From a virus (lineage: Duplodnaviria > Caudoviricetes): DNA of 43,270 nucleotides. Every line of letters begins with the position of its first letter. Position 1 is the stretch's first letter. Made by a program: the position numbers and the translations under genes. Where the stretch lies: IMG/VR virus record IMGVR_UViG_3300046000_006159, positions 1 to 43,270 of that record; one strand, given 5' to 3'. The notes under the pieces were generated by a model. That model worked only from the letters and a program-made list of their open reading frames with translations. It was not told the DNA's origin and made no database searches. Below are positions 19,201 to 27,001 of this stretch, one piece after another.

Positions 19201-22200
19201 GAAGATAAGCTCCCCGCAAACACCCCGCCAAAGTCTAATCCTGATTTTGTGGATCCATCTATTGATTCGCTGTTTGCGGCGATCGGTAAATTGGGCGGGG
19301 TAGATAAGGAAGAATTGTTTTCAACTTGGGGCGTTGATCCAGCTTACAAGCCCCATTCAGGGGTGTTTGGCAAACCGGTGTGGCGTAAAGACGGCGGCCG
19401 CACTATCGACGGGATGCTCGAAGCCTTAGCAGAACACGGCTACTTGCCAAAGGATCAGCACGGCAAAGCGGACACCCGCGACTTTGAAGAAGCCTTCGAT
19501 CGTGAACTACGCGGCGACAAACAATACTCGGTGGAACACGATTACACTCACCTAATAGAAAACCGCGCGGGCGATCAGGTTGCTAATCCTGGTGCGCTGG
19601 CCGCCGTGCGTTTTGATTTGGGCGAACTGCTTGCCGCTGACTATCCAAAAGAAATCATCGAGTTGTTAAAAGCGCGCAAGATGGTTGCCAACAACGGGTT
19701 GCACCCTGACATCGTGGCCGGGTTAATCGAAGATGAACAAGGCAACCCGTCGTTCTCATCGGGGGATGCGTTGGTGAGAGGTTTGGCCGAAGCCGAGCCG
19801 CCAAAAGAAGCAATCGAAAACTTGACCGACGTGCGGATGCTCGAAAAATACGGCGACATCGCAACACCTGATGCGCTTGAAAAAGCGGCAGATCGCGCGA
19901 TCCACAACGACGTGCGTGCGCGGGTAGTTGCAACCGAAGCCAATGCCTTGGCCAAGGCAACCGGGCAGCGCAAGGTGTTGGCTAAAGCCGCCAAAGCCTT
20001 GGCCGAGATGACGATCTCTCGCCAAAAGGTGCGAAACGTCACACCTGGGCAATACACCAACGCCGAAGCGCGCGCTGCGAAGTCTGCCGAGAAGTACCTG
20101 CGCGCAAAGGATTTGGTCAACGCGGCCGCTGAAAAGCGCAATCAATTGTTCAATCTGTACGCCGCGCGCGCGGCAATGGATGCAAAAGACAGCATCGAAA
20201 AAGGTTTGCGCTATTTGAAGAAATTCAACAGCGACATCAAGGGGATCGATGCGGATTATGCGGATCAAATCGCCGCAATCCTAAACCGCTTTGATCTTCG
20301 CAAGATCACGAACAAAGAGGTGGAACGTCGGATTGCCTTATCAAAATGGCTGGACACGCAACGCGATGCGGGATTTGAGCCGGACATTCCAGACAATATC
20401 AAGGACGAAGCGTTCTTAAAATCTTACAAGGAATTGACCGTCGAAGAGTTTCGCGGCTTGGTGGATTCTGTTAAGCAGATTGAACACCTGGGCAGACTTA
20501 AAAAAGAATTGCTGACCGCAAAGGATCGCCGCGAGTTTGAAGTCGTGCGCGATGAAATCACCGCCAGCATTGAAGAACACGCACAGGATAGAACCGCCGA
20601 CACCAGAACCCCAACCACCAACCTTGGTCGGTCGTTAAAATCGATGAAAGCCTTTGCTTGGGCGCACGCGAAAGTTGGCACCTTGGCGCGAATCCTGGAT
20701 GGTGGAAAAGACGGCGGCCCAGTCTGGGAGTATCTGATTCGCCCAGCCAACGAACGCGGCGACTGGGAAACCACCATGCGCGCCGAAGCCACCAAGGCGT
20801 TGTCTGAAATCATGGCCCCAGTATTTGCACTGGGCAAAATGGGCGGCAGCGGGAAGTTGTTTCCTACCGTTGGGCGTAGCTTTAACCGCGAATCCGTATT
20901 AGCCATTGCGCTAAATTCAGGCAACCAAGGCAACCTGCAACGCTTGCTAGGTGGTGAAGGGTGGACGGTTCAGCAAATCATGCCGATCCTGCAATCCTTA
21001 ACCGCCGATGAATGGCGCGCGGTGCAAGCGATTTGGGATCACTTCGAAAGCTACCGCCCAGAAATTGCCGCTAAAGAGCGCCGCGTCTATGGTAAAGAGC
21101 CGAACTGGGTTGAACCCGCACCGTTCACCATCAAGACAGCGGACGGGCAAGAGGTCAACTTGCGGGGTGGGTATTACCCGATCAAGTACGATCCAGCGGC
21201 CAGTCAAAGAGCCGAAGAGCATAACGACGCGGAAGCGGCAAAACGCCAATTGCAAGGTGCGTACACCTCCGCTACTACACGCCGCAGCTTTACCAAAAGC
21301 CGCGTTGAAGAGGTGAACGGGCGTCCGTTGCTTTACACCTTGTCGGGAATGTATTCGGGGGTGAACGACGTGATCCATGATTTGGCATGGCACGAATGGT
21401 TGATCGATGCTAACCGCTTGCTTAGAGCCAGATCGATCGACGCTTCGATCCGAAGCCATTACGGCCCCGAAGTTAAGCAACAGTTTAAGGATTGGTCGGC
21501 TGCGATCGCCGAAGGTGAGAAAGGTTTGGATCACGCGGGCGAGATCGCGCTGGCCTGGCTTCGCCAAGGGATCAGTGCAGCGGGCCTAGGGTTTAACTTA
21601 ATGTCAGCCATGATGCAGCCGACCGGTATTACGCAATCGATCTCGCGCGTAGGTGCTAAGTGGGTTGGTTTAGGGGTGAATAAATACCTGGCCAGTCCAA
21701 TCGAAACTGCGCGCGAAGTCAACGAGCTGTCCGAGTTCATGCAAAACCGCGCGCGTACTCGCTTTAGAGAGTTGAACGAATTGCGAAACCAAGTACAGGA
21801 TCAATCTAAATTTAAAGAGTTCCTTGGCCAGTACGCATACTTCTTGATGATGCGCTGTCAACAAGCCGTTGACGTGCCAACCTGGTGGGGCGCTTATCAG
21901 AAAGCACAAGCCGAAGGTTTTGATGACGAACGGGCGGTTGCTTTGGCCGATCAAGCCGTGATCGACTCGCAAGGTAGCGGGATGACAAAAGATTTGTCCG
22001 CGATTGAGAGAAGCCCAAAACTGAAATTGTTCACCGTGTTTTATTCGTACATGAATACCGCGCTAAACTTAGGCATCGACAAAACAATGTCGGCAGAAAT
22101 CGGCAAACGCAAAGCAAAACTCGCGGCTGAATACGTTTTGCTCTATGTCATTCCGGCGGCGCTTGGTTTGGCGATTAAGGACGCGCTGACACCCAACGGC

Positions 22201-22578
22201 GATGACGACGATGATTACTTCGAGAAGTTGCCTAAGCGTTTGATCGCGGCGGAAATCGATTACCTGATGGGGTTGATGGTGGTGGTGCGTGAGTTTTCCG
22301 AAGCGGCCAAACTGGTGACGGGATCGGAAGATCACAAACAAGACTACCAAGGCCCGGCCGGTTTGCGCTTTATCGCCGACGCGATCAAGTTATCGTATCA
22401 AGTGGGCCAAGGGGATTTTGACACTGCGTTCAGGAAATCTTTCGTCAACTTGATGGGGGATGGTTTCGGATTACCCGCCGCGCAGATCAACCGCACCTGG
22501 GCGGGCGTTGAGGCTTTGAGCGAAGGTAAAACGTCCAACCCGGCGGCCATCGCTTTTGGGTTTAAAGAGCAGCGTTGA
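13243..22578 (+). CDS. Giant (3111 aa) internal virion / polyvalent protein with ART-like cassettes and a zincin-like HExxH domain
   Basis: Third ejection-protein position. Two YHGT...VY...DG/DAV...VFDPTQIKS modules; FLHETGH at 18490-18510 plus a downstream HEQFA; N-terminus resembles LPD22. Confidence 0.85.
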   Translation: MSEENNNQENFDNPNPAQAARVGYFGAFDTNPDAFAEAQRVARRVGVSPDLVMAQPQEAKKQAAMGSIDFETLAKTNPATSLVLANVDHAKIAHDDINNLTDFENALSYMGASGRAGMRDLAAAGAKLLDAANPFTTSDEDLAVLYKNDPEGLKRQREQGATAILSRFARNQTKQADEIMQGIPQQTKDSYGAMEYQTLDPDKAAYLHPVKVVSDVIRSMPTTMALALTAFLTKGASTKAYTSAIESGLSEEAARKAAIDAATHLASRFGAGSEGAIGYAQQYNSTQQQVEALPFATLEKSPEFQKLVASGFDPNAARIFLSAKAGEQSGVGAGLVDAATSGIGGHYLGKILGEGGNVLPRIGKGFANEAITETVQSGGEQFSENLAIQQNANPEQSLSANVVEGMLQGFAVGGLTGGAVSGLVGRVGKEEKKLAETDKAAQTIGDINTLSTDSKVRPRSTEVFRDFIKGAKEEGPVNQVYIDAGALMQSGVADQVAELSPSVAEQLKVAQETGVTTMNIAIPVEEYAAAIAPTEYAQSLFEHLKTDPEGFTVAEKKEAMQGDRLDELGKEFEKAVEQDNKDSEFQQSSERLRKMLLDQHNALGHFQNDTNKQYAALWSHRFDTLAEAQGITPEEAYKNYVSKYSSEFQQGYDQAKPFDLTKLAETEGFKTGQPVTFDFSHNTESATALFGKPKKGDQFQRDLEPSGRYVVQVPDATKVDTTNGRVSGQLTLNNPLVLNAENWKKDLADHYKKTGKRLSQALIADGYDGVVTVDKYGTSEILDLTTFDESKALYQSPFGSSIEHRTPLAEGQATIDVDGVDRPTTNSNGQPIHWSEEGIRNFWKWFGDSKVVDGEGKPMVVYHGTDADFTEFDPDAVRVEGRRTAIDSGISLSYSPKFASGYANKENGKVIPVYVQANHIWKNDEQGIADAKIAFEDKYNEPMPDAILEKVKEGHWSGVEGILKQLKDYGGYDAVAVNEAGKQNLIVFDPTQIKSATGNNGNFDPNDANILHQSPFGSSIEHRTPLAEGQATIDVDGVDRPTTNSNGQPIHWSEEGIRNFWKWFGDSKVVDGEGKPMVVYHGTKDVFSEFKKGDLGFHFGTEKQAQIILERKKYLKGADNVLPVYLKIDNVVRLPDIGFDSARGSVQEFVNAGALSKTEAKEINEEMSISFIDTGEKDAMQQTLREELLKRGIDGVIYQNTGEADRTDTGQLQDSYIVFDPTQIKSATGNNGNFDPNDANILHQSARDLMVTHNLSEKNLLHVQKMGGIPVPSLAVTKKETPLDGFGEITLMGSPEMADPKGYAKTQVFGADIYSPRYPGVEYQVAPKVMQEAKKTLKPAEEATGARFDWDDLERNGPKYLDRSAPLMWMFLREKGIEPITVKDSVEPLPPALAAYADFQGFKHELVKDPEFQKAAEDWNLSRLTPRYDGDASAAQEEIDLQKANAIANDLDAPGFVHSAATRITDYQHLKRRAETSGGVDRYETQRAMASQIEGADLNTEMEEFAQGFVASLNPKEKIFQGFTNSGNRRYVDHTLENVVKILKKELRGGEGFNYGIGSLRAKFTPQFKTIAQIQKNKDRLMSSADFEKVKEEIDTELSELSEVLGLSEDQTIGVMEDLPKMGLQKAVQYYDPNFQPTDEQRQATGEFLTRLQNLPTAYFEAKILRDVDLAEFNGAVVPSSISQKALDALKARGITDIKTYEAGNEQDRSAKIAEFEHLFFQKQNDKARGSFNPDTLTISLLKGADLSTFLHETGHYFLEMQFDLAAKLQGEADIFGYDSLKPGERTIVADTQKILDWFGVPDLQTWYNMSLDEKRPHHEQFARGFEAYLFEGNAPSIELQAVFQKFRDWLVRVYKSLKNLNVELTDEVRGVFDRMLASEEQIALAEQARSMMPLFTTIDQAPMSPDEFRDYQEQGKAATAAAVGDLESRGLRDMQWLRNARSKALKALQKEAKEKRREVQMDVRAEVMAQPIYRAWTLLTSKINPEDKLPANTPPKSNPDFVDPSIDSLFAAIGKLGGVDKEELFSTWGVDPAYKPHSGVFGKPVWRKDGGRTIDGMLEALAEHGYLPKDQHGKADTRDFEEAFDRELRGDKQYSVEHDYTHLIENRAGDQVANPGALAAVRFDLGELLAADYPKEIIELLKARKMVANNGLHPDIVAGLIEDEQGNPSFSSGDALVRGLAEAEPPKEAIENLTDVRMLEKYGDIATPDALEKAADRAIHNDVRARVVATEANALAKATGQRKVLAKAAKALAEMTISRQKVRNVTPGQYTNAEARAAKSAEKYLRAKDLVNAAAEKRNQLFNLYAARAAMDAKDSIEKGLRYLKKFNSDIKGIDADYADQIAAILNRFDLRKITNKEVERRIALSKWLDTQRDAGFEPDIPDNIKDEAFLKSYKELTVEEFRGLVDSVKQIEHLGRLKKELLTAKDRREFEVVRDEITASIEEHAQDRTADTRTPTTNLGRSLKSMKAFAWAHAKVGTLARILDGGKDGGPVWEYLIRPANERGDWETTMRAEATKALSEIMAPVFALGKMGGSGKLFPTVGRSFNRESVLAIALNSGNQGNLQRLLGGEGWTVQQIMPILQSLTADEWRAVQAIWDHFESYRPEIAAKERRVYGKEPNWVEPAPFTIKTADGQEVNLRGGYYPIKYDPAASQRAEEHNDAEAAKRQLQGAYTSATTRRSFTKSRVEEVNGRPLLYTLSGMYSGVNDVIHDLAWHEWLIDANRLLRARSIDASIRSHYGPEVKQQFKDWSAAIAEGEKGLDHAGEIALAWLRQGISAAGLGFNLMSAMMQPTGITQSISRVGAKWVGLGVNKYLASPIETAREVNELSEFMQNRARTRFRELNELRNQVQDQSKFKEFLGQYAYFLMMRCQQAVDVPTWWGAYQKAQAEGFDDERAVALADQAVIDSQGSGMTKDLSAIERSPKLKLFTVFYSYMNTALNLGIDKTMSAEIGKRKAKLAAEYVLLYVIPAALGLAIKDALTPNGDDDDDYFEKLPKRLIAAEIDYLMGLMVVVREFSEAAKLVTGSEDHKQDYQGPAGLRFIADAIKLSYQVGQGDFDTAFRKSFVNLMGDGFGLPAAQINRTWAGVEALSEGKTSNPAAIAFGFKEQR
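15623..16481 (+). repeat. 205-bp identical direct repeat (15623-15827 and 16277-16481)
   Basis: Base-by-base comparison found no difference; the 654-bp period is in frame. Confidence 0.95.
16201..16977 (+). repeat. 84-bp direct repeat (16201-16284 and 16894-16977), same peptide
   Basis: Both encode VFDPTQIKSATGNNGNFDPNDANILHQS; 7 synonymous differences. Confidence 0.93.
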
Positions 22579-22609
22579 TGCACTTAGCAACACCCCAAGC
22601 GGTTAGCCT
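22576..22609 (+). promoter_or_regulatory. Putative late promoter (TGATGCACTTA-N17-TAGCCT)
   Basis: Exact motif copy upstream of the tailspike/lysis genes. Confidence 0.75.
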
Positions 22610-22635
22610 TAAGCTAACTTCCTTGGGGTGTTTTT
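22589..22635 (+). terminator. Hairpin with U-tract; possible terminator and/or RBS-sequestering stem
   Basis: AACACCCCAAG...CTTGGGGTGTT with inner GTTAGC/GCTAAC, followed by a T run. Confidence 0.55.
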
Positions 22636-25194
22636 ATGTCAATCGCCAGTACCACACGAAAAGCAGGGCCGTTTACTGGTAACGGCCTAACGACCATTTT
22701 CCCGTTCACGTTCAAAGTCTTTCAGGCAAGCGATCTGTTAGTCGTTCGCACCGATTTGTCGGGGGATGAAACAGCCTTGACGCTGACCACCGACTACACC
22801 GTTTTGCTTAACGCAAACCAAGACAGCAACCCAGGCGGCACAATCACCGCGATTTCTGCACCGGCTTCGGGTTTCTTGTTGACAATGACGAGCGACGTGC
22901 CTGAATTGCAACCGGTTGTGTTGACAAATATGGGTGGTTTTTATCCCAGGGTTATCAACGACGCGCTTGATCGCCTAACCATTTTCACTCAACAAATTTC
23001 AGAAAAACTAGGGCGGGCCTTGACACTGCCTTTGTCGGCGCCGAGCGGTGTTAGCACGCAGCTTCCTTTTCCGGCAGCAAATAAGATCATTGCGTGGAAC
23101 GAAAACGCGAACGGGTTGCAAAGTATGGATCCTTCCGAACTTGCAATGGTCGTCGCCTTTGGGACTGCAAAAGCCGATATTTTCAGTGGCACGGGATCTC
23201 AGACTGCTTTTACTTTGACAGCTTCGCCTGGCGCTTTGAATAACCTTGATGTGTCGATCTCAGGCGTTACTCAAAAGCCTGGCATTGATTACACATGGAC
23301 AAGCGGCACAACGATTACTTTTACGACTGCACCGCCTACCGGCACAAACAATGTGCTTTGCCGGTATTTGCAGGCTCTACCTCAAGGTTCGAGTGATAGC
23401 GCGAGTGCAACGTTTATTCAAGCCGGAACAGGTGCCGTTACTCGCACTGCTCAAAGCAAAATGCGCGAGTTTGTTAGTGTGTTAGATTTTGGAGCGGTGG
23501 CGGGGAGTTCGGCGGCTACCAACAACGCTGCTTTTGCAGCGGCTCTTTTGTACTGCACAATATCTGGTAAACGCTTGTATGTTCCAGCGGGTACTTATGC
23601 ACTGTCGCAATCACTGTCGACATCAGGTAATTTGCATTTGTTTGGGGATGGCGACTCAACAGTTTTGGATTTTAGCGGCACGGTATCGGGCGGCTCTTAC
23701 GGTTTGAATATCAGCGGGTCTTTAGATGCTTTGCCTGCCATATCCAATGCTTATAAGGGGAATCTTTCTATTACGTTTGCATCTGCGCCATCGTTGTCTA
23801 TTGGGGATGTCTTTGTAATTTACAACCCAACAGATTATTCGTGGTCTGGCGCAAGGGCGTATTACAGGGCCGGGGAATGGTGCGAAGTTTCAGGGGTTAG
23901 CGGTAATGTAGTGTCATTGAGCAACCCGCTATTTGATAGCTATGTGGGCGCTGCCGTGAATGTCTATAAAATGACCAGCCCGTCTGTATCGCTAAAAGAT
24001 TTTAGAATCAAAGGTACAACGGTTTTAGGTTTAATCCAAGCGTCGTTGTGCAATCGTCCGTTAATTGAAAATGTGAGCGGATACCATGAAAACGATAGTA
24101 TTGTGTATTTTGACCGTTGCTATAAACCAACAGGCATAAACCTCAATTTACACAATAAAGGTACGGGCACTGGTGACGATTACGGTTTGGTAATTGGAAA
24201 CAGTCAGCACGTTAGAATTTTAGGCGGAAACTTCTATGCAAGACGTCACGGCATTACTCATGGCGGTGGTGATTTTGTTGGTTGCGTTGCTGTTAGAGAT
24301 AGCAGAGTCGTTGGCGCAACAATAAAGAACGACATCAATTCAGGCACACATGCTGCGGATTTTCACGGGAATACAGAGGCAAGCGCTTTTGACGATTGCA
24401 CTATTTATCAAGGCGTATCATGGCAAGGAAAAAATAACCGGATTATCAATTCCAGCATAACTGATATGCTTGGAGGTATGTGCCTGTATTCTAGTGAAAT
24501 TAAAGGTGGGTTTTTTAGTCTTGAAAATTGCGAGCTTACTACCTATGCATCTCCATCTTCAATAGGACGTGGTGTAATAGATGTTGGCGGAAATTCAAAC
24601 GCAATAACTACCAACAGTGTAGAGGATATGACTTTTAGGATTAGGGGTTGCACTTTAAATGGTGCGGCGCTAACTTCTAGCGATTCCGCATTGAAGGTTA
24701 TAAATAGAGGGTCAACTAAAAAGATTAATATAGATATTGACGGGTTTACGGCTATCAATATCACCGCATTAAATTCGATTAGTTATTTACTTTTATCATC
24801 AGGAACTGCCGATTCCTCTTTTCTGATTGTTGATAACATTGCTAATTTCCCTAACGGGTCTTTTCTGATTAATGCCTTTGAATATGCTAACTTTCCACAG
24901 CGAATGATGGAGCAAACAGGCAAGGTCGCTTTGACTGCTTCCAGTGGCGTTTCTTTTGCGGCTAGTTCAACTATTACATTTAAACACCCTTACGCCAGAA
25001 CTCCAGTTGCTAACGCGACTGCTGGAAATGAAATAGCATTGATGTACAACGGAAATCGCGCTGTTTTTGGCGGTATTCGAACGATTAATAATTCATCTAT
25101 ATCCCTATTTATTGAATCGGGCGACGCGACAGCATGGACATCGACTAAATCCACAGATGTTAGTTGGTCTGTAAAAATCAATGATACTTTATAA
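22636..25194 (+). CDS. Tailspike / tail fibre with beta-helix (pectate-lyase-like) domain
   Basis: N-terminal anchor (FTGNG.TT.FPFTF...DALDRLT), junction FIQAGTGAVTRT.QSKMREFVSVLDFGA, then LYVPAGTY...LFGDG marking the beta-helix start. Confidence 0.85.
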   Translation: MSIASTTRKAGPFTGNGLTTIFPFTFKVFQASDLLVVRTDLSGDETALTLTTDYTVLLNANQDSNPGGTITAISAPASGFLLTMTSDVPELQPVVLTNMGGFYPRVINDALDRLTIFTQQISEKLGRALTLPLSAPSGVSTQLPFPAANKIIAWNENANGLQSMDPSELAMVVAFGTAKADIFSGTGSQTAFTLTASPGALNNLDVSISGVTQKPGIDYTWTSGTTITFTTAPPTGTNNVLCRYLQALPQGSSDSASATFIQAGTGAVTRTAQSKMREFVSVLDFGAVAGSSAATNNAAFAAALLYCTISGKRLYVPAGTYALSQSLSTSGNLHLFGDGDSTVLDFSGTVSGGSYGLNISGSLDALPAISNAYKGNLSITFASAPSLSIGDVFVIYNPTDYSWSGARAYYRAGEWCEVSGVSGNVVSLSNPLFDSYVGAAVNVYKMTSPSVSLKDFRIKGTTVLGLIQASLCNRPLIENVSGYHENDSIVYFDRCYKPTGINLNLHNKGTGTGDDYGLVIGNSQHVRILGGNFYARRHGITHGGGDFVGCVAVRDSRVVGATIKNDINSGTHAADFHGNTEASAFDDCTIYQGVSWQGKNNRIINSSITDMLGGMCLYSSEIKGGFFSLENCELTTYASPSSIGRGVIDVGGNSNAITTNSVEDMTFRIRGCTLNGAALTSSDSALKVINRGSTKKINIDIDGFTAINITALNSISYLLLSSGTADSSFLIVDNIANFPNGSFLINAFEYANFPQRMMEQTGKVALTASSGVSFAASSTITFKHPYARTPVANATAGNEIALMYNGNRAVFGGIRTINNSSISLFIESGDATAWTSTKSTDVSWSVKINDTL

Positions 25195-25203
25195 GAAGGG
25201 AAG

Positions 25204-25782
25204 ATGACCACGCAACTACAAAAAGAATTACTTCAAGATGCGAGTATCTCTACTGCTAAATTTGATGCGTCTGCTAAAGCACCTTTTGCCGGGAACGCAG
25301 ATACCGTGACACAAGGTGTACCGGCAGGAACGGTTATTTATCACGCGGCAGCTACCGCGCCAACTGGATACTTAAAAGCGAACGGCGCGGTGGTTTCTCG
25401 CACGACCTACGCCGCTTTGTTTGCGGCAATTGGTACGCTTTACGGTGCGGGGGACGGATCAACCACGTTCAAGTTGCCGGATCTCCGAGGGCAATTTCTC
25501 AGGGGGTTTGACGATGGTGCGGGGGTGGATACCGGTCGAGTGCTTGGTTCATCCCAAGAGGATGCGTTCCAAGGACACAAACACCCTGTTCATTCGTATA
25601 ACCAATCAGGATCGAACGGTGGATCTACTGCGTTTGCTACAAACACCGTGGCCGTGTCCTTCGGGCAACACGCATCCGCACTTGCTCAAGGGGCAACGAC
25701 GGACGGAACAAACGGCACGCCTAGAACCGCCGCCGAAACTCGGCCAAAGAACATCGCCCTTTTAGCGTGTATCAAATTTTAG
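25204..25782 (+). CDS. Tail collar domain protein
   Basis: PAGTVI...PTGYLKANG..VSRTTYAALFAAIG..YG.GDGSTTF.LPDLRGQF.RG and ETRPKN motifs. Confidence 0.9.
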   Translation: MTTQLQKELLQDASISTAKFDASAKAPFAGNADTVTQGVPAGTVIYHAAATAPTGYLKANGAVVSRTTYAALFAAIGTLYGAGDGSTTFKLPDLRGQFLRGFDDGAGVDTGRVLGSSQEDAFQGHKHPVHSYNQSGSNGGSTAFATNTVAVSFGQHASALAQGATTDGTNGTPRTAAETRPKNIALLACIKF

Positions 25783-25789
25783 GTGAAAG

Positions 25790-26014
25790 ATGACAGCCGA
25801 TGAAATTAAACAAGCCGTTCTCGATGCTTTAAACGATCACCCAGCGTTCGACGCGGAAATGCACATGGAACATCACCAGTGGATCAAAGAACGGATCGAA
25901 GCGGAAAAGCGCAAGACCGAGCTTTACATGGCCGCGGCCAAGTCGTTCGCGCAGTGGTCTGTTGTTGGCATCGCTGGTGCGCTTTGGGTTTACTTTAAAC
26001 AACATTGGCATTGA
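25790..26014 (+). CDS. Small membrane protein, holin/antiholin candidate
   Basis: One C-terminal hydrophobic helix; directly upstream of the endolysin. Confidence 0.5.
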   Translation: MTADEIKQAVLDALNDHPAFDAEMHMEHHQWIKERIEAEKRKTELYMAAAKSFAQWSVVGIAGALWVYFKQHWH

Positions 26015-26016
26015 GC

Positions 26017-26475
26017 ATGGACATTTTGCTAGAACAGATTAAGTTTGAAGAGGGTTTGCGGCTTGAGGTTTACCGATGCCCTGCGGGAAAACGCACGATC
26101 GGATACGGCCACAACCTCGACGCTAATCCGTACATCGAAGGTAGCAAAATCCCCGATAAGATCACGCGCGAAGTAGCCGAGGTGTTGCTTCACCGAGATG
26201 TTAATAAAACGATTGAACAGCTCGCGGCGGCTTGGTCTGGTTTCGGATTGCTCAACGGCGCAAGGCGCGACGCTTGCATCAATATGGCCTTCCAGTTGGG
26301 TGTTGCTCGATTCATGGATTTTAAGAAACTTCGCGCCGCGCTCTTCAAGTGCGAGTGGGCCGAAGCGTACAAGCAAGCGAAAGCAAGCCGATGGGCGAAG
26401 CAAACCCCGGAACGCGCCGAGCGGGTGGCTTCTCAATTTTTAACAGGCAAACATTACGAGGTGAAAAATGCTTAA
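26017..26475 (+). CDS. Endolysin, T4-lysozyme-like (GH24)
   Basis: EEGLRLEVYRCPAGKRTIGYGHNL and SRWAKQTPERA motifs; ATG 26017 chosen over the upstream TTG. Confidence 0.9.
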   Translation: MDILLEQIKFEEGLRLEVYRCPAGKRTIGYGHNLDANPYIEGSKIPDKITREVAEVLLHRDVNKTIEQLAAAWSGFGLLNGARRDACINMAFQLGVARFMDFKKLRAALFKCEWAEAYKQAKASRWAKQTPERAERVASQFLTGKHYEVKNA

Positions 26476-26644
26476 TTTTATTTTGGCCCGCTTGGGCGAA
26501 TCGTCAACCTACCGCAACCTGTTTGTTTTACTAACAGCCGTTGGAGTGGGGGTGGCCCCTGAACTTCAAAGCGCCATCATTTCAATTGGGTTGGGTACCG
26601 CTGGAGTGTTGGGCGCGGTGTTACCAGATAAGCTAAAAGACTAA
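26468..26644 (+). CDS. Putative holin, 58 aa (MLNFILARLGESSTYRNLFVLL...), not in ORF track
   Basis: Read directly; two hydrophobic segments and a charged C-terminus (DKLKD); overlaps the endolysin end. Confidence 0.7.
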   Translation: MLNFILARLGESSTYRNLFVLLTAVGVGVAPELQSAIISIGLGTAGVLGAVLPDKLKD

Positions 26645-26857
26645 AAATCGTTTCCGCAACCCTTTTACTTGTACAAGTAAAATCAAAGGGTTAAACTACT
26701 TGTAATTGGCGGTCGTGCGGAAACGATTTTGATCTAAGTGCTTGATTTCATTCGACTACTCTAAAGACTTGAAAGCCGTTGCATCGAGTTGTAAGTCGTT
26801 GATTTATGTTAGTATTTTGGAATCGTTTCCGCAACTTGCGGAAATGATTTCCGCAAC
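26644..26857. other. attP-like region: arm-type repeats plus IHF consensus sites
   Basis: TTTCCGCA(AC) repeats at 26644-26660, 26716-26730 (inverted), 26821-26835, 26836-26850 (inverted) and 26848-26857. WATCAANNNNTTR matches at 26681-26693, 26735-26747 (-) and 26792-26804 (-). Lies near the integrase 3' end. Confidence 0.7.
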
Positions 26858-26863
26858 CTAAAC

Positions 26864-26954
26864 GGAAGAGTGGCCGAGCGGTTTAAGGCAGCTGTCTTGA
26901 AAACAGCCGAGGGTTTATAGCCCTCCGTGAGTTCGAATCTCACCTCTTCCGCCA
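26864..26954 (+). tRNA. tRNA-Ser (anticodon UGA) with encoded CCA
   Basis: Acceptor GGAAGAG/CTCTTCC, anticodon arm GCTGT-CTTGAAA-ACAGC, long variable arm, T arm GTGAG-TTCGAAT-CTCAC, ends GCCA. Confidence 0.97.
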
Positions 26955-26958
26955 ATAA

Positions 26959-27001
26959 AAAAGGCAGTCCGGCCGCGTATCCGCAACCTGAAACTGCCTT
27001 T
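26959..27001. terminator. Probable bidirectional terminator-like inverted repeat after the tRNA
   Basis: AAAGGCAGT...ACTGCCTTT flanked by A and T runs; the loop is unusually long. Confidence 0.5.

Noticed and set aside
8399-22583. Many overlapping antisense or alternate-frame ORFs in the structural arm
   Set aside because: They are shadows of long, well-supported genes and have no independent signals.
22636-25782. Diversity-generating retroelement as in BPP-1
   Set aside because: No reverse transcriptase ORF and no template/variable repeat pair with adenine-specific mismatches was seen. The differences in the other repeats are synonymous, not A-specific.
25790-26644. Spanin genes in the lysis cassette
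   Set aside because: No lipobox-containing or nested Rz/Rz1-like ORF could be identified by eye.
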